From assembly GCF_006345805.1 (NCBI RefSeq), contig NC_042997.1, forward strand, positions 163,308,001 through 163,372,000: a stretch of 64,000 bases of DNA. Reading direction: 5' to 3'. The notes below the pieces were generated by a model. The model was not told the origin of the DNA and made no database searches. It saw only the letters and a program-made list of their open reading frames with translations. Positions 12,601 through 27,600 of the stretch are shown piece by piece. The DNA comes from Octopus sinensis (Eukaryota). The position numbers and the translations under genes are program-made. Each line of letters begins with the position of its first letter. Position 1 is the stretch's first letter.

Positions 12601-15600
12601 TTATGTTAGGAGAGGATGGATAACAGTATAAGAAATGGGACCAGTCAATAATAGAAAAAATACATGATTTATTTACCTTTGAACAAATGGCTTTAAGTTA
12701 TTTCCTTGACTAATAGGGTATTCTTTTGAGATGTCTGAGGTATGTAGGTTGTTTGATAAGAAATTGCCAGGATTCATATTTACTTTGCATATAGAATTGG
12801 TAATCGGCATAGTAGAAATACTTGTAGGACGCACAACCACTTCACTTTTTGAACATTTGTTAATCGGAGGAGGTAATTTGTTGTCTGGCTCTGTTCGTGA
12901 AGGCTGAAAGAAGATACAAAAATGTTCTATAATTTCTAATCCATAAGGAACTTAATAACTAGCATTCTCATATATTAACAGAGCACCAGCATGGTCTTGG
13001 TTGAAGTGGCTAAAATAAATTGAGGAACTACATAAAAGACTACCCATGCAAAACCTCATTACTATAAAATATATTATCAGTACTGAAGTGAGTGAACTCA
13101 ATATTCACAAAGTAAATTAACTGATTTCAAGAATTGTCTACAGTTATTTTTGATGGAATAGAAGGCAGTGAGTATCGTTAGCATGCCAGGCAAAATGCTT
13201 AGTAACATTTTGTTCACCTTCAGGTTCCAAGTTCAACTTTTTTTGTGGTCGATTTTGCTTTTCATCCTTTCAGGGTCAATAAAATAAGTACTTATTGAGA
13301 ACTGAGGTTGGTGCAATTGACTTAACCCCTCTCCAAACATGCTGGCCCTGTGCCAAAATTTGAAACCATTATTTTAATGGAAATGTCCAAAAGGGGCTGT
13401 GCCACAACCATTTGCCTGCTTTCCAGCACTGATTAGACTGATATGTTTGATGTTCTATTTGAACATCCTGTAAGTTCACATCTGCAGATATAACACGAGC
13501 AGGGAATGAATTCTAGAAAGTTGATGCTCTGGGTAGAAAAAAAAAATGAAGCAACATGCTAAGTCTAGACCATGTGAGGATAAGACATATTGGGTGGCAT
13601 CTTGCTACACCAGAGAAACAGAGACCATTTTTGTAGGAGTGGAATTTGGTAGGAAATGAGACAATGCATTAGCAGAGGTTGAGTGAAAGTAATTACTGCT
13701 GGCTGTGTAGCATAAAGCATAGACAATGAGAGACCAGTGTATTAAGTTAGACTTTACTGGAGCAATACAAAATACAACTCATCTGGGAGGTTAGATAAAT
13801 CATTGCTATTTACTTGTGGCTTCTACCCTGAATACTAGTGTTTATAGCAGCCACAGGCGTCAGCAATATCCCAATGTAGATCTTACTTAAGCATTTTAGA
13901 GTGTTAGCAGCTAATTCATCATCCTTTAATATCTGTTTTCCATACTGGCATGGGTTAGACGGTTTGATAGGAGCTGACCAACCAGAGAACTGTCCAGGCT
14001 CCAATTGTCTGTTTTGGCATGGTTTCTACAGCTGAATGCCCTTCCTAACTGTAACCACTTTACAGTGCAGTGTGTGCTGGGTACCCTTTATGCGCCACTG
14101 GCATGAGACCAGTATCCGGCAAATAAAATCTCTTTTAAAAGACTGAAGGTGATAATTCTGTAACTCACTTCTCTATTGATCTTATCTTCACATGTGCCTG
14201 TGGCAAGAGACCCAGGATTAATATTGGTTGTTTCTGAATGCATCTTTCCTGGAAAATGTAGGAAGCATAATAAGGAAATTACAATACAATGCTGTACGTT
14301 AATGTGGGTGTACTTAATAAAACATAATGGAAATTACTTCTCATTTCTGAAATATTTTCATTTTTAAACATTTGTAGTTATGCTACTGCTGAATTAGAAA
14401 GAAAGCACTGAGAGAAAAAGAACAAAAAACAACTCAAATATACTGTCAAACAGACTAAGAGCATTGGAATTTATGAGTTAGGTATGTTTGTAATTTATAA
14501 CATTAGCAAGAATAGTTTTTTTTCCATACATTTAAATCTAAAGTTATGCCACACCTAATGAGGAGAGGGAATTCTAAAACATGAGGAATCAATTACATAA
14601 ATATTTTAATTTGATAAACATTTATTAAAAGTAGGAACTGTTTTAGATTAGCCTTCTGTCATGTATTAAAATGATAAAGAAGATGGGCTTTTTTTTATAG
14701 ATCAAAAGAAAAAAATTAGAAAATAAATAAAAAGTTAAAAAAAAAAGTAAAAATTTTTAAAAATTGGAAACGTGCCTTGTATACCATTTACTTTGCAGTT
14801 TGAAGTTTTATGGTATTCGATCTGCTGTTGTAATGTCGTTGTAATGTCATATTGTTTATGACTAGGACTGACAGATTGATCCAGAGAATCCTTGGTAATT
14901 TCAGAAAAAATATTTTCTTCCGAGATGCCAGAAATTTCAGGTTTTGGACGATTCTGAAATAACTAAAAATGATTCAGTTCAGTTGCATTAAAAACAGAAA
15001 ATAAAACATAGCAGAAAGACACAGTGAAAAAACAAAATTATGCAAGGAAATACATACATTAATAAGCAAACTAAGAAGAAATCAATAATACAAGAAAGCA
15101 TTTATAAAACATTAAAGACAATGATAGACCTCAATAGCTGATTGTGATTAGTCTTTAGTCACAGAAAATATTCAAGTATCGAGTGCAAATACCTGCAAGG
15201 AGTGAAAGATATTTTACAACAGGATATCTTTCCCAATTGACAACTATTTCACTATGAAACATATGGTACATTACTTGCAGTAAGATTCAAACTTTTCATC
15301 TATGTACTTATACTCTCTTCCATCTTGAGTTACTTTTTTATAAAAGTTTATATCTAGAGAAATTGAATTTTAGCACAAAATGTTCTTTATTATTTTAAAA
15401 AAATAAAAACTATATCAAAGCACTTACGCACAAATTATTACTTAACTTAAAAAATAAAGTTCTTTAAAAAAAAACGTACACAATTGTTTTTCATTTTTAC
15501 CCTCAGCTTTAACTAGCTGATACTCTCCCTTCACGTTCTTATGAAACTACCTCCTACTCTTCTCCTCTGGAAGCCATCTACTCGCGATACCAGAAGGTGC

Positions 15601-18600
15601 ACACTCTCCTACCCTGATGTAATCTCCAGGGATACAGGCATCCAGCAACAGGACCTCCGTATTGCTATGATGGACCGTGAAGTCTGGCGTAGCATGGTAA
15701 ATTCCATTGTCTCGACCACAGTCGAACAAAGATGATGATGAAACTACCCCATTCCCCAATCCACAGACCAAATCCTCTCTTATGCTCACCTTTTTCTACC
15801 TTAAGTTTGCTCTGGTACCCCACCACTACCATCTTTATCATCTTCGCAGTTACTATAGCTCACCCTTAAATAATGTGGGGTAGCTATGTATCTCATCCAT
15901 AACAAGATACCTGTACTTGTCATAATTAGCTTATCAGCACCTGGCATAAAGCCAACCCCTCCCACATAGCCATGGTGGGAAATTTTTCCTTTCTTGTTCT
16001 TTTTTTGTTTTGCAACTTACTTAGCAACCTCACTAGTGCTGGTGGCACACACACACACACATACATACTCAAAAAAGCACCCAGTGCACATTTTAAGGCA
16101 GTTGATGTTAGGATGGGCATCCAGCTATAGAAAACATACCAAAGCTGACACTGGAGCTCAACAGATCCCGTCAAACCATCCACTTATACTAGCATGGAAA
16201 ACAGACATTAAATGATGAAAATAAGAAATTATTAAAAAAAAAAATGAGAAATTATGTAACTGACGTTAGTATGAAATACTTAAATATGTTCCCATAATTT
16301 GAGAAGTTTACTGTATTCTTGTAAACAAATTTTAAATATCAGCTTTGAGACCGAACTCCATTCTCATGAAATTATATTTAACTACTTGTATGAATTATTA
16401 ATTCTGATTGTCTACAGTATTTACCAAACAATTATTTTAGTTCTCTGTTCTGTGAATTTAACATATCTCTTGACCTAAAGATTTACCACACAAATTATTG
16501 AGCTATAAAAACATAATATTCTGATTAAATCATTTTCATAATAATTTTCTCTGATATCAAATAATACATTAGCACATCTTTGTGTATCCAACTTAACATG
16601 ACAAAGTTTAGCACAAAAGACAATAACTACAGGTAAGATTCTAACTACTTGCACAGAAATGGTTAAAATATTGCTAAGATAATACAGGATTGGTTAAAAT
16701 ATTGCTAAGAAAATACAGGATTGATTGAAATATTGCTAAGATAATACAGGATTGGTTTACAAGAAGACAATTTCAAGAACATGTAAAAACAAATGCATTT
16801 CTTAACCAAAGATTATCTTTACTGGAGATTGAAATAATCCTCTAATATTATCTAGGAAGAAACATGCTATCACTAAAACATTATCCAATGAATAATAAAT
16901 AAAAGTTTTAATTTTGTGGCAGAAGAAAATGGCTAGAAACAAAAAAATCTTTTTGTATATATTTGTAATAGTGAAGAATCCAAAATAGAGATTTTAAAAT
17001 AATTTACAATACAGAAACAAAAAATATATTAAAAAAGAAAACAGATTATATATGTAAAAAGATCATTCCATAAGTATTAAAACTAAAATTGGATGCAGCT
17101 ACAAAGGACATAACTTACTGTGTATTTGTGTCCACAGAACATATGCATTTGAAACTATTTTCAAGCCTAGATTTCATCCTCAAAGAGAACCTAAATGGTT
17201 TGATTTGATTATTGCAAATTAAACTATTAAGTAAAATAGTTATCAGTAAACTGTTAAACTTTGATAGTATTTGTTGAAGATGGAGATATTCTCTGAGAAT
17301 AAATCACAATTGATAATTAAAAATAAAAATTCTGAATTATCACACAATCAATTCTGTATAAGACCCATGAACTGGAGAAGTAAAAATCAATCTGTATTCA
17401 GGTTTCATCAAATTTCATTTAACAGAATCACTGGATAGCACCTTATTAAAGACTTAAAACATGCAAAGTGTTGCATCTCAGCAACACATTAAATTGACCA
17501 ATAAATGATGTGGAATCTCATCAACTGTTATTGGAGATTCAAATTCTTTTATCTAGGATGCTTTTCTATAAGAGGCAAATTTGATATCCCTGTTAATAAA
17601 TTTGCTTAATATTAGAATATAAATGTACAAGCAACATAATTTTTGTCTTTAATTTCTGACTAAGAATAAAATTAAAACATTTTTTCGTAGCTTACAGGCA
17701 AATTTGACAGCAGAATTTACAAGTTTCATCATAACTCACACGAAGTTATTTTTTATAAATTTCAAATCAAATTATGCTGACTGTATATTTCCCATGCAGA
17801 CATAATTGAACTAAGAAAATTGATGCAAAACAAAGAACATTTATATTTCAAAACTCCAGAGAGAGAGAGAGAGAGAGAAAGAGAAAAAGCTAGAATTGCT
17901 ACACCAGAACAGAATCAGCAAAGAATATAAAATACTGAAATCCAAAATAAAACAAATATACAACATAGCTAAAATGCATAACACAATCCTTCATCTGTAT
18001 GTTCTTTCCTCATTAGGAATGATATTTGCTCTCAAAGTCAAAATTGTAACTGTTGCAGAATGCTATTACAGCTGACAAAGAGAAAATGCCTTCTTGCTTA
18101 TTCAATAGTATGGAAAGGACAACAAAATACTAACAAAGCTTGCAGGATGACCAGGTTACAAATAAATAAATAAATAAAATAGCAGCAATTTCTTTTCCCG
18201 TTATGGTCAAGAAACAGCAAATAACTAGGATAGAGAGACAGGATAGCTTTTACTGGGATAGCTGACACTGAACTAACTCACCAGTGCAACCAAAGACTGT
18301 AGGTAGACTGTATGTGGAAACCATTCTGGGGTTTGTTGAGGAAGAACTGGCTCATGTTGATAGCCTATATAAGTATTTGTTGGCATTCTTTTATTTGTGC
18401 CTTCTGGCAGACTGCATCTCTAAAATGTAACAATCACCATCAGCAAAAATATGTGCAACTTGTTTTACAGCAAATCTGATTGGTGGAGGTACAAATTACA
18501 AAGAGATGTTTTGTTTTTATATAAACAAATGAAACTGCACTGCAATAAAATTGTTTGTGTATTTTTATTTAAGAGAAAAATGAAGAATTGCAATTTCTGC

Positions 18601-21600
18601 TTTTGAAAAGGGATAAAAAAAAAAAAATCAATTATTAAACCAATGAAAAACAATAAGTTTTTTTTACAATATCTATTTTTCCATAATACTATAGGTTACA
18701 CAGCCAAGCTATCATTTGATGTCAACTTTTAAATGTTTTCATACAATTTTCTATACTAAGTTGGACAGCTCTAGAAAGTCATTAAAGATTTAATGTGTAA
18801 TAAGAGAAAGAGCAATATCATTTAAAATGATGGAGAGCACTCCTATTGCTAACTATTTTAGCAATTAAGTTTAAGCTATAAAAACACTACAATGCCTATT
18901 AAGAAATTTAGAGCCTATATGTTAAAACAATTTTCCAGGTCATTGTGCTCTAAACAAAATTGATTACACTAAATCATAACAAATATATATGATGGATCTT
19001 TCAAACATGTTCTAACCTTAAAAATTTGGGAATGTTTCTTTAAACTGTATGGAAATGTTCTATTAATGACAGACTCAAATGATATTAAATGTCAATGTAG
19101 CAACAAAAGACATTTGCAGTACATGATCTGATTTTGAAAAATATCAGTTGAAGAATTTGAAATCATTGAAAAGTCCCAATGGTGTGATGAAAAATTTATG
19201 ACATTAAAACAGTAAATGACAACCAGAGTGTATGAGTTTATTAGCAGTATAACCTCCCCACAATACATCTAAAATTGTTTAATATTTATTTTCTCACACT
19301 AGAAAGGTCTAGATGGGAAACTGTTTTTGAGATACTCTTCTGTTGCCAACCCTCAGTTCTTCCAGTAATACCATTGTACTTCTTGTGTGTCCATAGCTTG
19401 CACTGAGTACACTATATAGAATTCATGCATACACCTTTCCTACATGTCAAGCAGTGCCATTTAATCTAATAGGAGTAGAACCCTACCAGTTTCCCTGTTT
19501 ACAAATATTTTAGTCTCAGTTAACTTCAAGGCCTTTTGATTTCAGGTTTTGCTTCGACACCAGGAATTTTTTTTACTAATTCCACAACAAATTTTGTTAT
19601 AAGAATGAAGCATTCAGCACACAGAAGTTCCCAAGCACAGATTGTTTTCTTAAATTTCTCTGTTATTGCTTAGAGAACAGTGATAAATAAGAGGGTCGTT
19701 GTACTTGTGGCTAACTCTCACAAGCCATTTGTCAACCCCAAGATCACAAAATGAGAGTGTCAAATGTTAAGCATAATGGCTTACTTTTAGCTAAATACTT
19801 CTAAGAAGATGACATCAATACTGCTTTTCTCATGGACAAAACCAAGCTGCACAACAACTCTGTATGTGTAAAGTTACCTCCTCAAGTCGTGTTGACTAAG
19901 AAGGGCCAGTTTCCTGGTTTCCATGGTGTATAAATCTCCCACCTGGATGGGATGCTAGTCTGTAGTAGGATTACACATTCTTGCCAGCTAAGCAGAGTGG
20001 GGCAACATGAAGTGTTTTGCTCAAAAACACAATGCATTGCCCAGTCCAGGAATCAAAACCACAATCTTAGGATCATGAGTCTAACACACTAACCACTAAG
20101 CCACACACCACTTTGTGTGTGTGTGTGTGTATATACACATAGGAGTTTAAAGCAGTATCTGTCTACCAAATCCATTCATAAGGAATTGGTTAACCCCGAA
20201 TAATAGTAGAAACCACTCACCCAAAGCACTACAAAGTGGGACTGAACCTGAAACCCTGTGGTTGTAAAGTGAATTTCTTAACCTCACAACCATACCTGCA
20301 CCTGTCTAATTCATATTCTGGTAGCACTAGTACAACAGAATATGAACCACTTGAGGACAGCAGCAATAACCTTAAAACAAAGTGCAAAACAGCCTCCAGT
20401 AAATCTTCACGCTTAGTTCTCAAGTCCATCAGTTCTTGTTAAGCTTTGTTGTGATATGTTTATAATGCAACCTCAAAAATCAACCTCTTCAGGTAACTGA
20501 TTTGAGTATTGCACTACATAATTTCTCTCATGGACAGCTATGTGGATAATTCAGCAGCAGATAGTGGGAATAACTTTCACATAAGACTTTACATTAGATT
20601 AACTGAAAACATTGTTTATAGAGAAATACTATAATCAAAGCTTTAGTTTCATTACATGGATCTCTTTGTAATCATAAACAAACTAAAATTTGAGGAAATT
20701 TCTAAATGTAAGAAGGGAATACAATATTTTGTTATCACTATATTTTGTTAAGTTATTTAGTGAACCTAAGGATGACAATTACTAGTTGCTATAAATGTGG
20801 GAAAAAAACAACAAAATAATGAAGTGTAAATATTTTTATCCTTACATCTGTGTCAGGATCATTGTCATCAGGATAAAATATACAGTATTTTTCAGCCACA
20901 AGGACATCATTAATATGAATGTCAATTTTGTTGTCAGAAGTATCTGTCAGACAGACAGACATTACACGGTCCTAAACAAAAAGATAAAAGACAAATAATT
21001 GGATAACATTTGGATAGTGTCTGGGGATTATTCTACTCACCTACAGCCCTTAATAAAATGAATTCCTTTAACATAATTATTAGCAATTAAGTGTAGAAAA
21101 AAAAGAAAGAAAGAAAGAAATATAACAGAAGAAAGTCTACAAGAATGAATAAGCCCAAATATTTTTTAAATAATTTACCATCAGCCTAAGAAAATTGCAG
21201 TGATTCAAAAGTTTCAATACATCAATTATTTTGTAACAAATTTTTTCTCATGAAATATACTGTTTACTACTGTAATTAATTTTGGAAATAATCAGGAATA
21301 GAGAGGTTTAGTGAAGCAACTAACTTTTACATTAAAGCTATTTGGAAGATTCTTCTAAGAGAAACTTATGAGATTGGAATCTTTATTAGTAAACTCTTAA
21401 AAGAGGTCATGCACAGTAAAATTGAGGCAGTCTCCAGTAGGATAGTATCAAACGACAGAACAGCAACTGTCTTATAAAGTCAAAATTCATGGTGGGATTG
21501 GGTAGCCATTCTTTGAAAGTGACAGCAATTTTCTATTTTAAAGAAAGGAAGAGTTATAATATAAAATATATAATAGAAAATAAAAGACTGGTTATTAAAC

Positions 21601-24600
21601 AAATGTTTAAATAATAAATAAAATATACCTTCACTTGTATAACAAGAGCAATTAGTGGTTTGTTGAAACACAGAGATAACATACGGTTCCTGGCTTTTGT
21701 GCTCCATTCCTAAAGAGATAAATCAAAGCTTACATTGAAACATAAAACAATTCTGAATGTTAACAACTAATGTCAAAACAAGCAATGCAAAGTGAATGCT
21801 TATCTATTTTAACACAAATATACGGTAATGGTGCTAAAAAAAAAAAAAAAAAAAATTAGGCGCAGGAGTGGCTGTGTGGTAAGTAGCTTGCTTACCAACC
21901 ACATGGTTCTGGGTTCAGTCCCACTGCGTGGCACCTTGAGCAAGTGTCTTCTACTATAGCCTCGGGCGAACAAAAGCCTTGTGAGTGGATTTGGCAGACG
22001 GAAACTGAAAAGAAGCCTGTCATATATATGTATGTGTGTGTGTCTGTGTGTGCCCCCAAGACTTGTTATACTTCGGCAATTCTGAGTGTGAAAAAATGTT
22101 TCCAAAAGTCATGGGTGCTGTATTGCTTTTTTGATTTTGTAAGCATGTAAACAAGAATTATACATGAAGATCTTTAAATAACTTACATCATTAATTGGTT
22201 TTACATTTGCTAATCTTCCTTCTATTGCTTGCATTGGTAGACTTAAGAAATGGTTTCTGTAAAAGACATAAAATTAGAAACCTCAGATTCAAAGCTATTG
22301 GGAGAAGTAAAAAAGAAGAACTGTTAGAAAAGAGGTTCTAACATACCGAAGTAAGCGTAGAGAGTTGCGAGAGACTGTGCAAGTATTGCCATAGTCAACA
22401 AAATACACCTGAAAACCAATAAAATTACAAAGGTTACAAATGGATGCAGAAAATGTTCAAAGATTTTTTTAAAAATTGAATAAATAACAAAGAATTCAAA
22501 ATAAAAAATCCTTTTCTAAATGTAAGGTTAATGTGCTGGACAGTATGAAATATACAATGCTATATTTTAGAAAATAAGCACATTGTCAAAACAAGCAATG
22601 CAACCTTTATATAAAGGTTGACATACTTGATAACAATATTTCTGGCTATATATTTAAATTTATTTTGAAAATATTAAACAATTTAGAAATAAAATAACTT
22701 TTTTGTTCCTTATTAAGCCATGTTTAGAACAAAAAATTATGATGGGAGACTTCATTTTTAAAATTTTACAAAGAAATAATTTTGTATCATTGAAACAGAG
22801 GCAGTGTTAGGAAGTTGGCATTGAAAAGGATTAACTGTTTAACCCTTTAGTGTTCAGATTACTCTGATAAATGTAATATTTTTTCACTCAAATTGTTTTG
22901 AATTAATCATGCATTATCTTATAGCTTTGAGGTTTCAGTGACGTGATTGTTTATTTTAAGAATGTCAATGTAGGTTTGGTGTGAGAGGCTGGATCTGGCC
23001 AGTTTGAATATAAAACATGTGGAATATCTGGGCCAGATATGGCCGGTTTAAATACTAAAAGGTTAAGAGGCTAAGGAGATATTCAACCAAAATATTGAAG
23101 GAACCAAGAGAGAACTGTTAAATTTTAGGAATAATATTTTTATGATGTTTTGTAATACTTACCTCAACAAAGGATACATTTGGTACTTTCGTAATATAAA
23201 CTCTATGCCAATTTTGATCTTCGGGATATATAGCTGCTGCTACTAAGCCTACACAAATGAATTCATCTGGAACATGATAGGCATCAGCATCAGAGGAATA
23301 ATATAATAATCTATAAAAAAACAAACAACAATATTAATTCATTGATTACATGAATAGGTAAATGGCTGGTAACTAACTAAATGACTGTGCAAGATTAGAG
23401 AAAAACTCTTCAACAGAATATAAAACCAAATACATTTAAACATTTGTTTCTTCATATTGTCTAATTTAATTTTCTTTAAATTGATCTTTGATTCATTCTT
23501 TGAACTACCTCTACTTTGATTTTTTTGATACTTCATGTATTTTTCATCAGGTATACAATTTAATGTTCGAAATTCAATAGATCTATATTACACACCTACA
23601 AATTATTTTATTCTGTGCCAATATTTAGATACTCAACTCTTTAGGTTTCATTGTTATTCAGCATAATTTTTTTCAAACATACATTTTATAAAACACTTTA
23701 TGAACAATTTTTTATTAATACAAACACTGATCAAATCATTCCATCATCATCCTCATTTAACATGTCTTCCATGCTAGCATGGGTGAGATGGTGCCACAAG
23801 AGCTGGCCAGGCCAAAGCCTGCACCAGACTTCTGCGACTATAATAGATTCATTTCTAACTCCTTTGTTGCATTACATCCAATTTCCTACTAAAATCTCCA
23901 GTTAATTTATACTTAAATAGAAAATCCCAGTTGTGAATTTTACTTTAAAACTCTCAAATAGTTGGATAAATTAAAACAAAACAAGCCTTTAATGTTCCCC
24001 AAAAATTGAAACATTCTTGTGTCAGTGATATGATAAAATGCATCCAGGCCATGTTGTAAAATGGTTAGTAATAGGAAGGGCATCTAGCTGTAAAGACCAT
24101 ATGTAACAACAAAGATTGGTAGTTTTATCTTTTGTTGTGAGCATCAGAAAACTAAGGCCAAGTAGTAAGTTGTGCTGTAAACAAAACTGTCCAATCCATG
24201 CCAGGATGGAAAAACCAACAAATTATTATATTTTGAATTTGAACACCATCCGAAAGATCTCTACTGAGGTAGAATGACAAAAAAGTTCAATTTAACAAGA
24301 CATTTACTACGTATGGAAACCCAAATCTACTCTGTGAGATGTCATCTTTTTCAACAAGTTCATATACTGCCTAGTTTCCTATGAAACCTGCATGTGATTA
24401 TGAGAAGCTATCAAATAGGCTTCACAAGATGAATAGATTACAATAAGTGAATAATCTTCAACTCTTTAGCGTTCACATTATTCTGTCAAAAGTAATGCTC
24501 ATGTATTCACATCTTTTTAATTAATCTTGCATTACCTTATAGCTTTGAGATAATTTTTAGAATGACATTTGTAGGGTGGGTGTGCAAGGCCAGATATGGC

Positions 24601-27600
24601 CAGCTTGAACATGATAGAGGTAGAATATTTTGGCTGAATATGGCTGGTGTAAATACTAAAGGGTTAATAGAAAGTTTTCTCTTATCAATTAATAAATTTA
24701 ACTTACTCAAGTTCATCCATCAAATTCTCCAAAGCAACAGAGTATGCTTTTCCTCGGAATTTCAACCAAAAATGTCCTGGGTTTTCAATGTTGCTAACAA
24801 ACACTTCAACAAAATGGATGTTATTTGGGATATCAAGAAGTCGATATGCCACACCAGGACCAACAGCATCTTCTGGTAAGGATGTAATGGCTAAAGACTG
24901 GGGAGGATTCTGAAACAGTTTGAACATTAGTTTGAACATTCTTAAATATATCACATTGAACAAGAAATAATAAAGTGGGAAATAATCAAGAATTTTAAAA
25001 TCAAGTGTGTGTGTGTGAATGTATGTATAATGTACATATGCATATATGTATGCATATGTAAACATGCAATCGATATACAGTACTCATAACACTAAGTCAA
25101 ACTATAGGAAGCTGGTGGTATGAGATTGATATTCTAAGTTCTCACACACTTATATCATTAGAACATGTAGATATTAAAAGAACACACAAGTGCACATGCA
25201 AACACGCACATTGAGTTAGTGTGTGGATATAATAGTGTTTAACAGTTAATTAGTAGCCAATGGAATACAAAACTCCAAAATTACATTATACCATTATGAA
25301 AACATTTTGGAGAATTATGAATTTTAAGCCCTAGTCTGATCACTAGTCTTCATGAATTCTGAATTAACAAGTACCCCAGACTCGTAAAGAGAGCACTGGA
25401 ATATGAGTAGGTAAGCAAAAATATTTGAGGATATTTAAAACTATGTCTAACAAAACATATACAGAGAAAATAATTTACTTGGAATGAATTTATTTCCAAC
25501 CTCAACTGTATTATGTATAAGCAGAAATTAAACCAATCAAATCATCCCTTAATGTTTTTGATACTATTCAAGCAAACCACTAACTTTAAAGTGTTCATAT
25601 TTAAATTAAAATCTATCATAGTGCTATGCAAGTACATTTAGATGCATTCTATTACAAATGCAAGGTAAATATATCAACTAATGAAAAAAGTTATAGTTAT
25701 TCTACTAACTTCTAAATTTTTGAGTATTTAAAAATTAAATGAAACACAACAGGGACATTTTCTTGTTAGAAAAATAGACAAAAAATGATTAAAACAATAA
25801 AAACAGAAGAGTCAAGCAAATGTAAAAGGCAAGAATGAGAAGTAGAATTAATAAATGATTAATACCACAGAATGTTTTGGAATAAGTTGTTGAATAGGTT
25901 GCTGATTTTCTTTAGAGTTGTATTTTTTTGCAGATTTTATGGTCAAACATGCTGTCATAGAAAAGTGAAAAGAATTTCTTTTACAAATTGATAGAGATGA
26001 AAATAAATAGAATTTTTAAAGGTATTAAAATAGTATATACCACAAAAGAATTTACATGTTAGTAAAAACATACATTAACACTTTTTTAAAAAATAATCTT
26101 TACCTATTTTAAAAAGTCAACTCAGGCAAATGACTAACAAACCAGTGAGATTTTGAAATGAGAATTCATTTAACTTAACCAGACTGCTCTAATGGAGTAG
26201 TGTTTCTGAGCCATATTCCAAATGGAATGCAAATTGCTCGATCAAACTTGCCCGAGGCACAGTCCTCTCAAATCTCAAGTCTATTTATAGTCAAATCTCA
26301 AGTCCATTTATAGTCAAATCTCAAGTCAATTCAAGTTAAAGCGATTTTGCTTGTTAACCTTCTATGAGACAACCATAACTTTTAAATGATAAAAAACATT
26401 TTCTTTATTTAAAAGAAAACTTGGGGAAAGCAATCATCAATATTCAATCTACCAAATAAGATATTTAGTTGCAAGGAACTGTTATTTAATATTAATCTAG
26501 ACTTTTACAAAAAATATAATTTTTCAAGCTTTTAACCTCATCTTTGATGTAATGAGGCATGTACAACATATAGTTTAGAAAAGTAAAGGCTCCTAGTTGG
26601 AATTCAACCCAGATGTATGTAGATGTAAATATTTACAAAACAAAATGACTTATCTATAGAAATTAGGTTAATAGCCTGAAAAATTATAAACATTAACATC
26701 TTATCTTGGACATTTCAACATTTAAAATTTTATAATATAATTTTACTGTCCGTAGTTGTTGATTCTGGTAGTCAAGATTAAACCAGAAAAAGGAAATAGG
26801 ATTCTTTGATATGAACTACCAACAATGGTGGCTTCTCTAACAAGAAAACCATGAACATTCACACATATCTAACATTAAATAAATTTACTTAACACCAGAT
26901 TATCTTAAACTAGTCATAACTCTCAAATCAAATTGTTCATTAAAACCTCATAGATACAAGTAAATGAGTGTTCTACAGATATAAACTATATGACCTGTCC
27001 AGATTGCTGCTCAACAGACCAGTTGGAGAGTAATAATTATCTCTTGTTTCACACAAAAGGCTATGCAAATACACACACAACTTACAACAGAAAACAGAAA
27101 ATATTTTATAAAACGTGTGTATAGATACACACACACACACATTATATAAAACATATACTAACCATTTCCAGAGTAACTTATTTCAATAATATTATTGGCC
27201 AGCGAGAGTATGTAGCTCTCCAGGCTTTTATAACCAACATCTGAAGGTTGAAATTCTGACCCTGTTGTTGCCTGAAATAAAAGGAACAGTAAAATAAATG
27301 GAGAAACTACAAATTATTACTTCTTCCAAGATTAAATAGAAAAATTCTAAAATGCTTTCACTAAAAGTCAATAATGACCACGTTACTGAAAGCAATATCA
27401 TAGATTCATCTTGCCCTTATATTTCTATATTTCCAAGGCTTCAAAAATAAAATCCTAAATTACCTTTTGATTACACACCTTCATAGTTGAAAATGAGAGT
27501 ATTTGATGGATTAAAACTGAAAGAAATTGAGACACAACTGGAATGACTTTGATCACAGGTCATCTTCTTCAGGAATGATCTGTGGCTAAACAACAGCATA

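Noticed and set aside
15192-15352. Candidate exons with AG/GT signals on the minus strand
   Set aside because: Stops, or phases incompatible with exons 15 and 16.
17119-17190. 72-nt candidate exon with a GTAAGT donor (minus strand)
   Set aside because: Open only in phase 2 while its neighbours are phase 0 (in-frame TAG), and the polypyrimidine tract is weak.
20229-20442. Overlapping ORFs on both strands
   Set aside because: No usable acceptor/donor pair in frame; partly overlaps a SINE.
21685-21709. 25-nt microexon using the internal donor ACC|GTATGT
   Set aside because: Reading through gives RMLSLCFNKPLIALVIQVK, which fits the eTudor pattern and the phase of the next exon; the short form would frameshift.
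21859-21940. tRNA genes at SINE heads (also 30190-30232 and 54781-54870)
   Set aside because: Only A/B-box remnants; no complete cloverleaf; continuous with SINE bodies.
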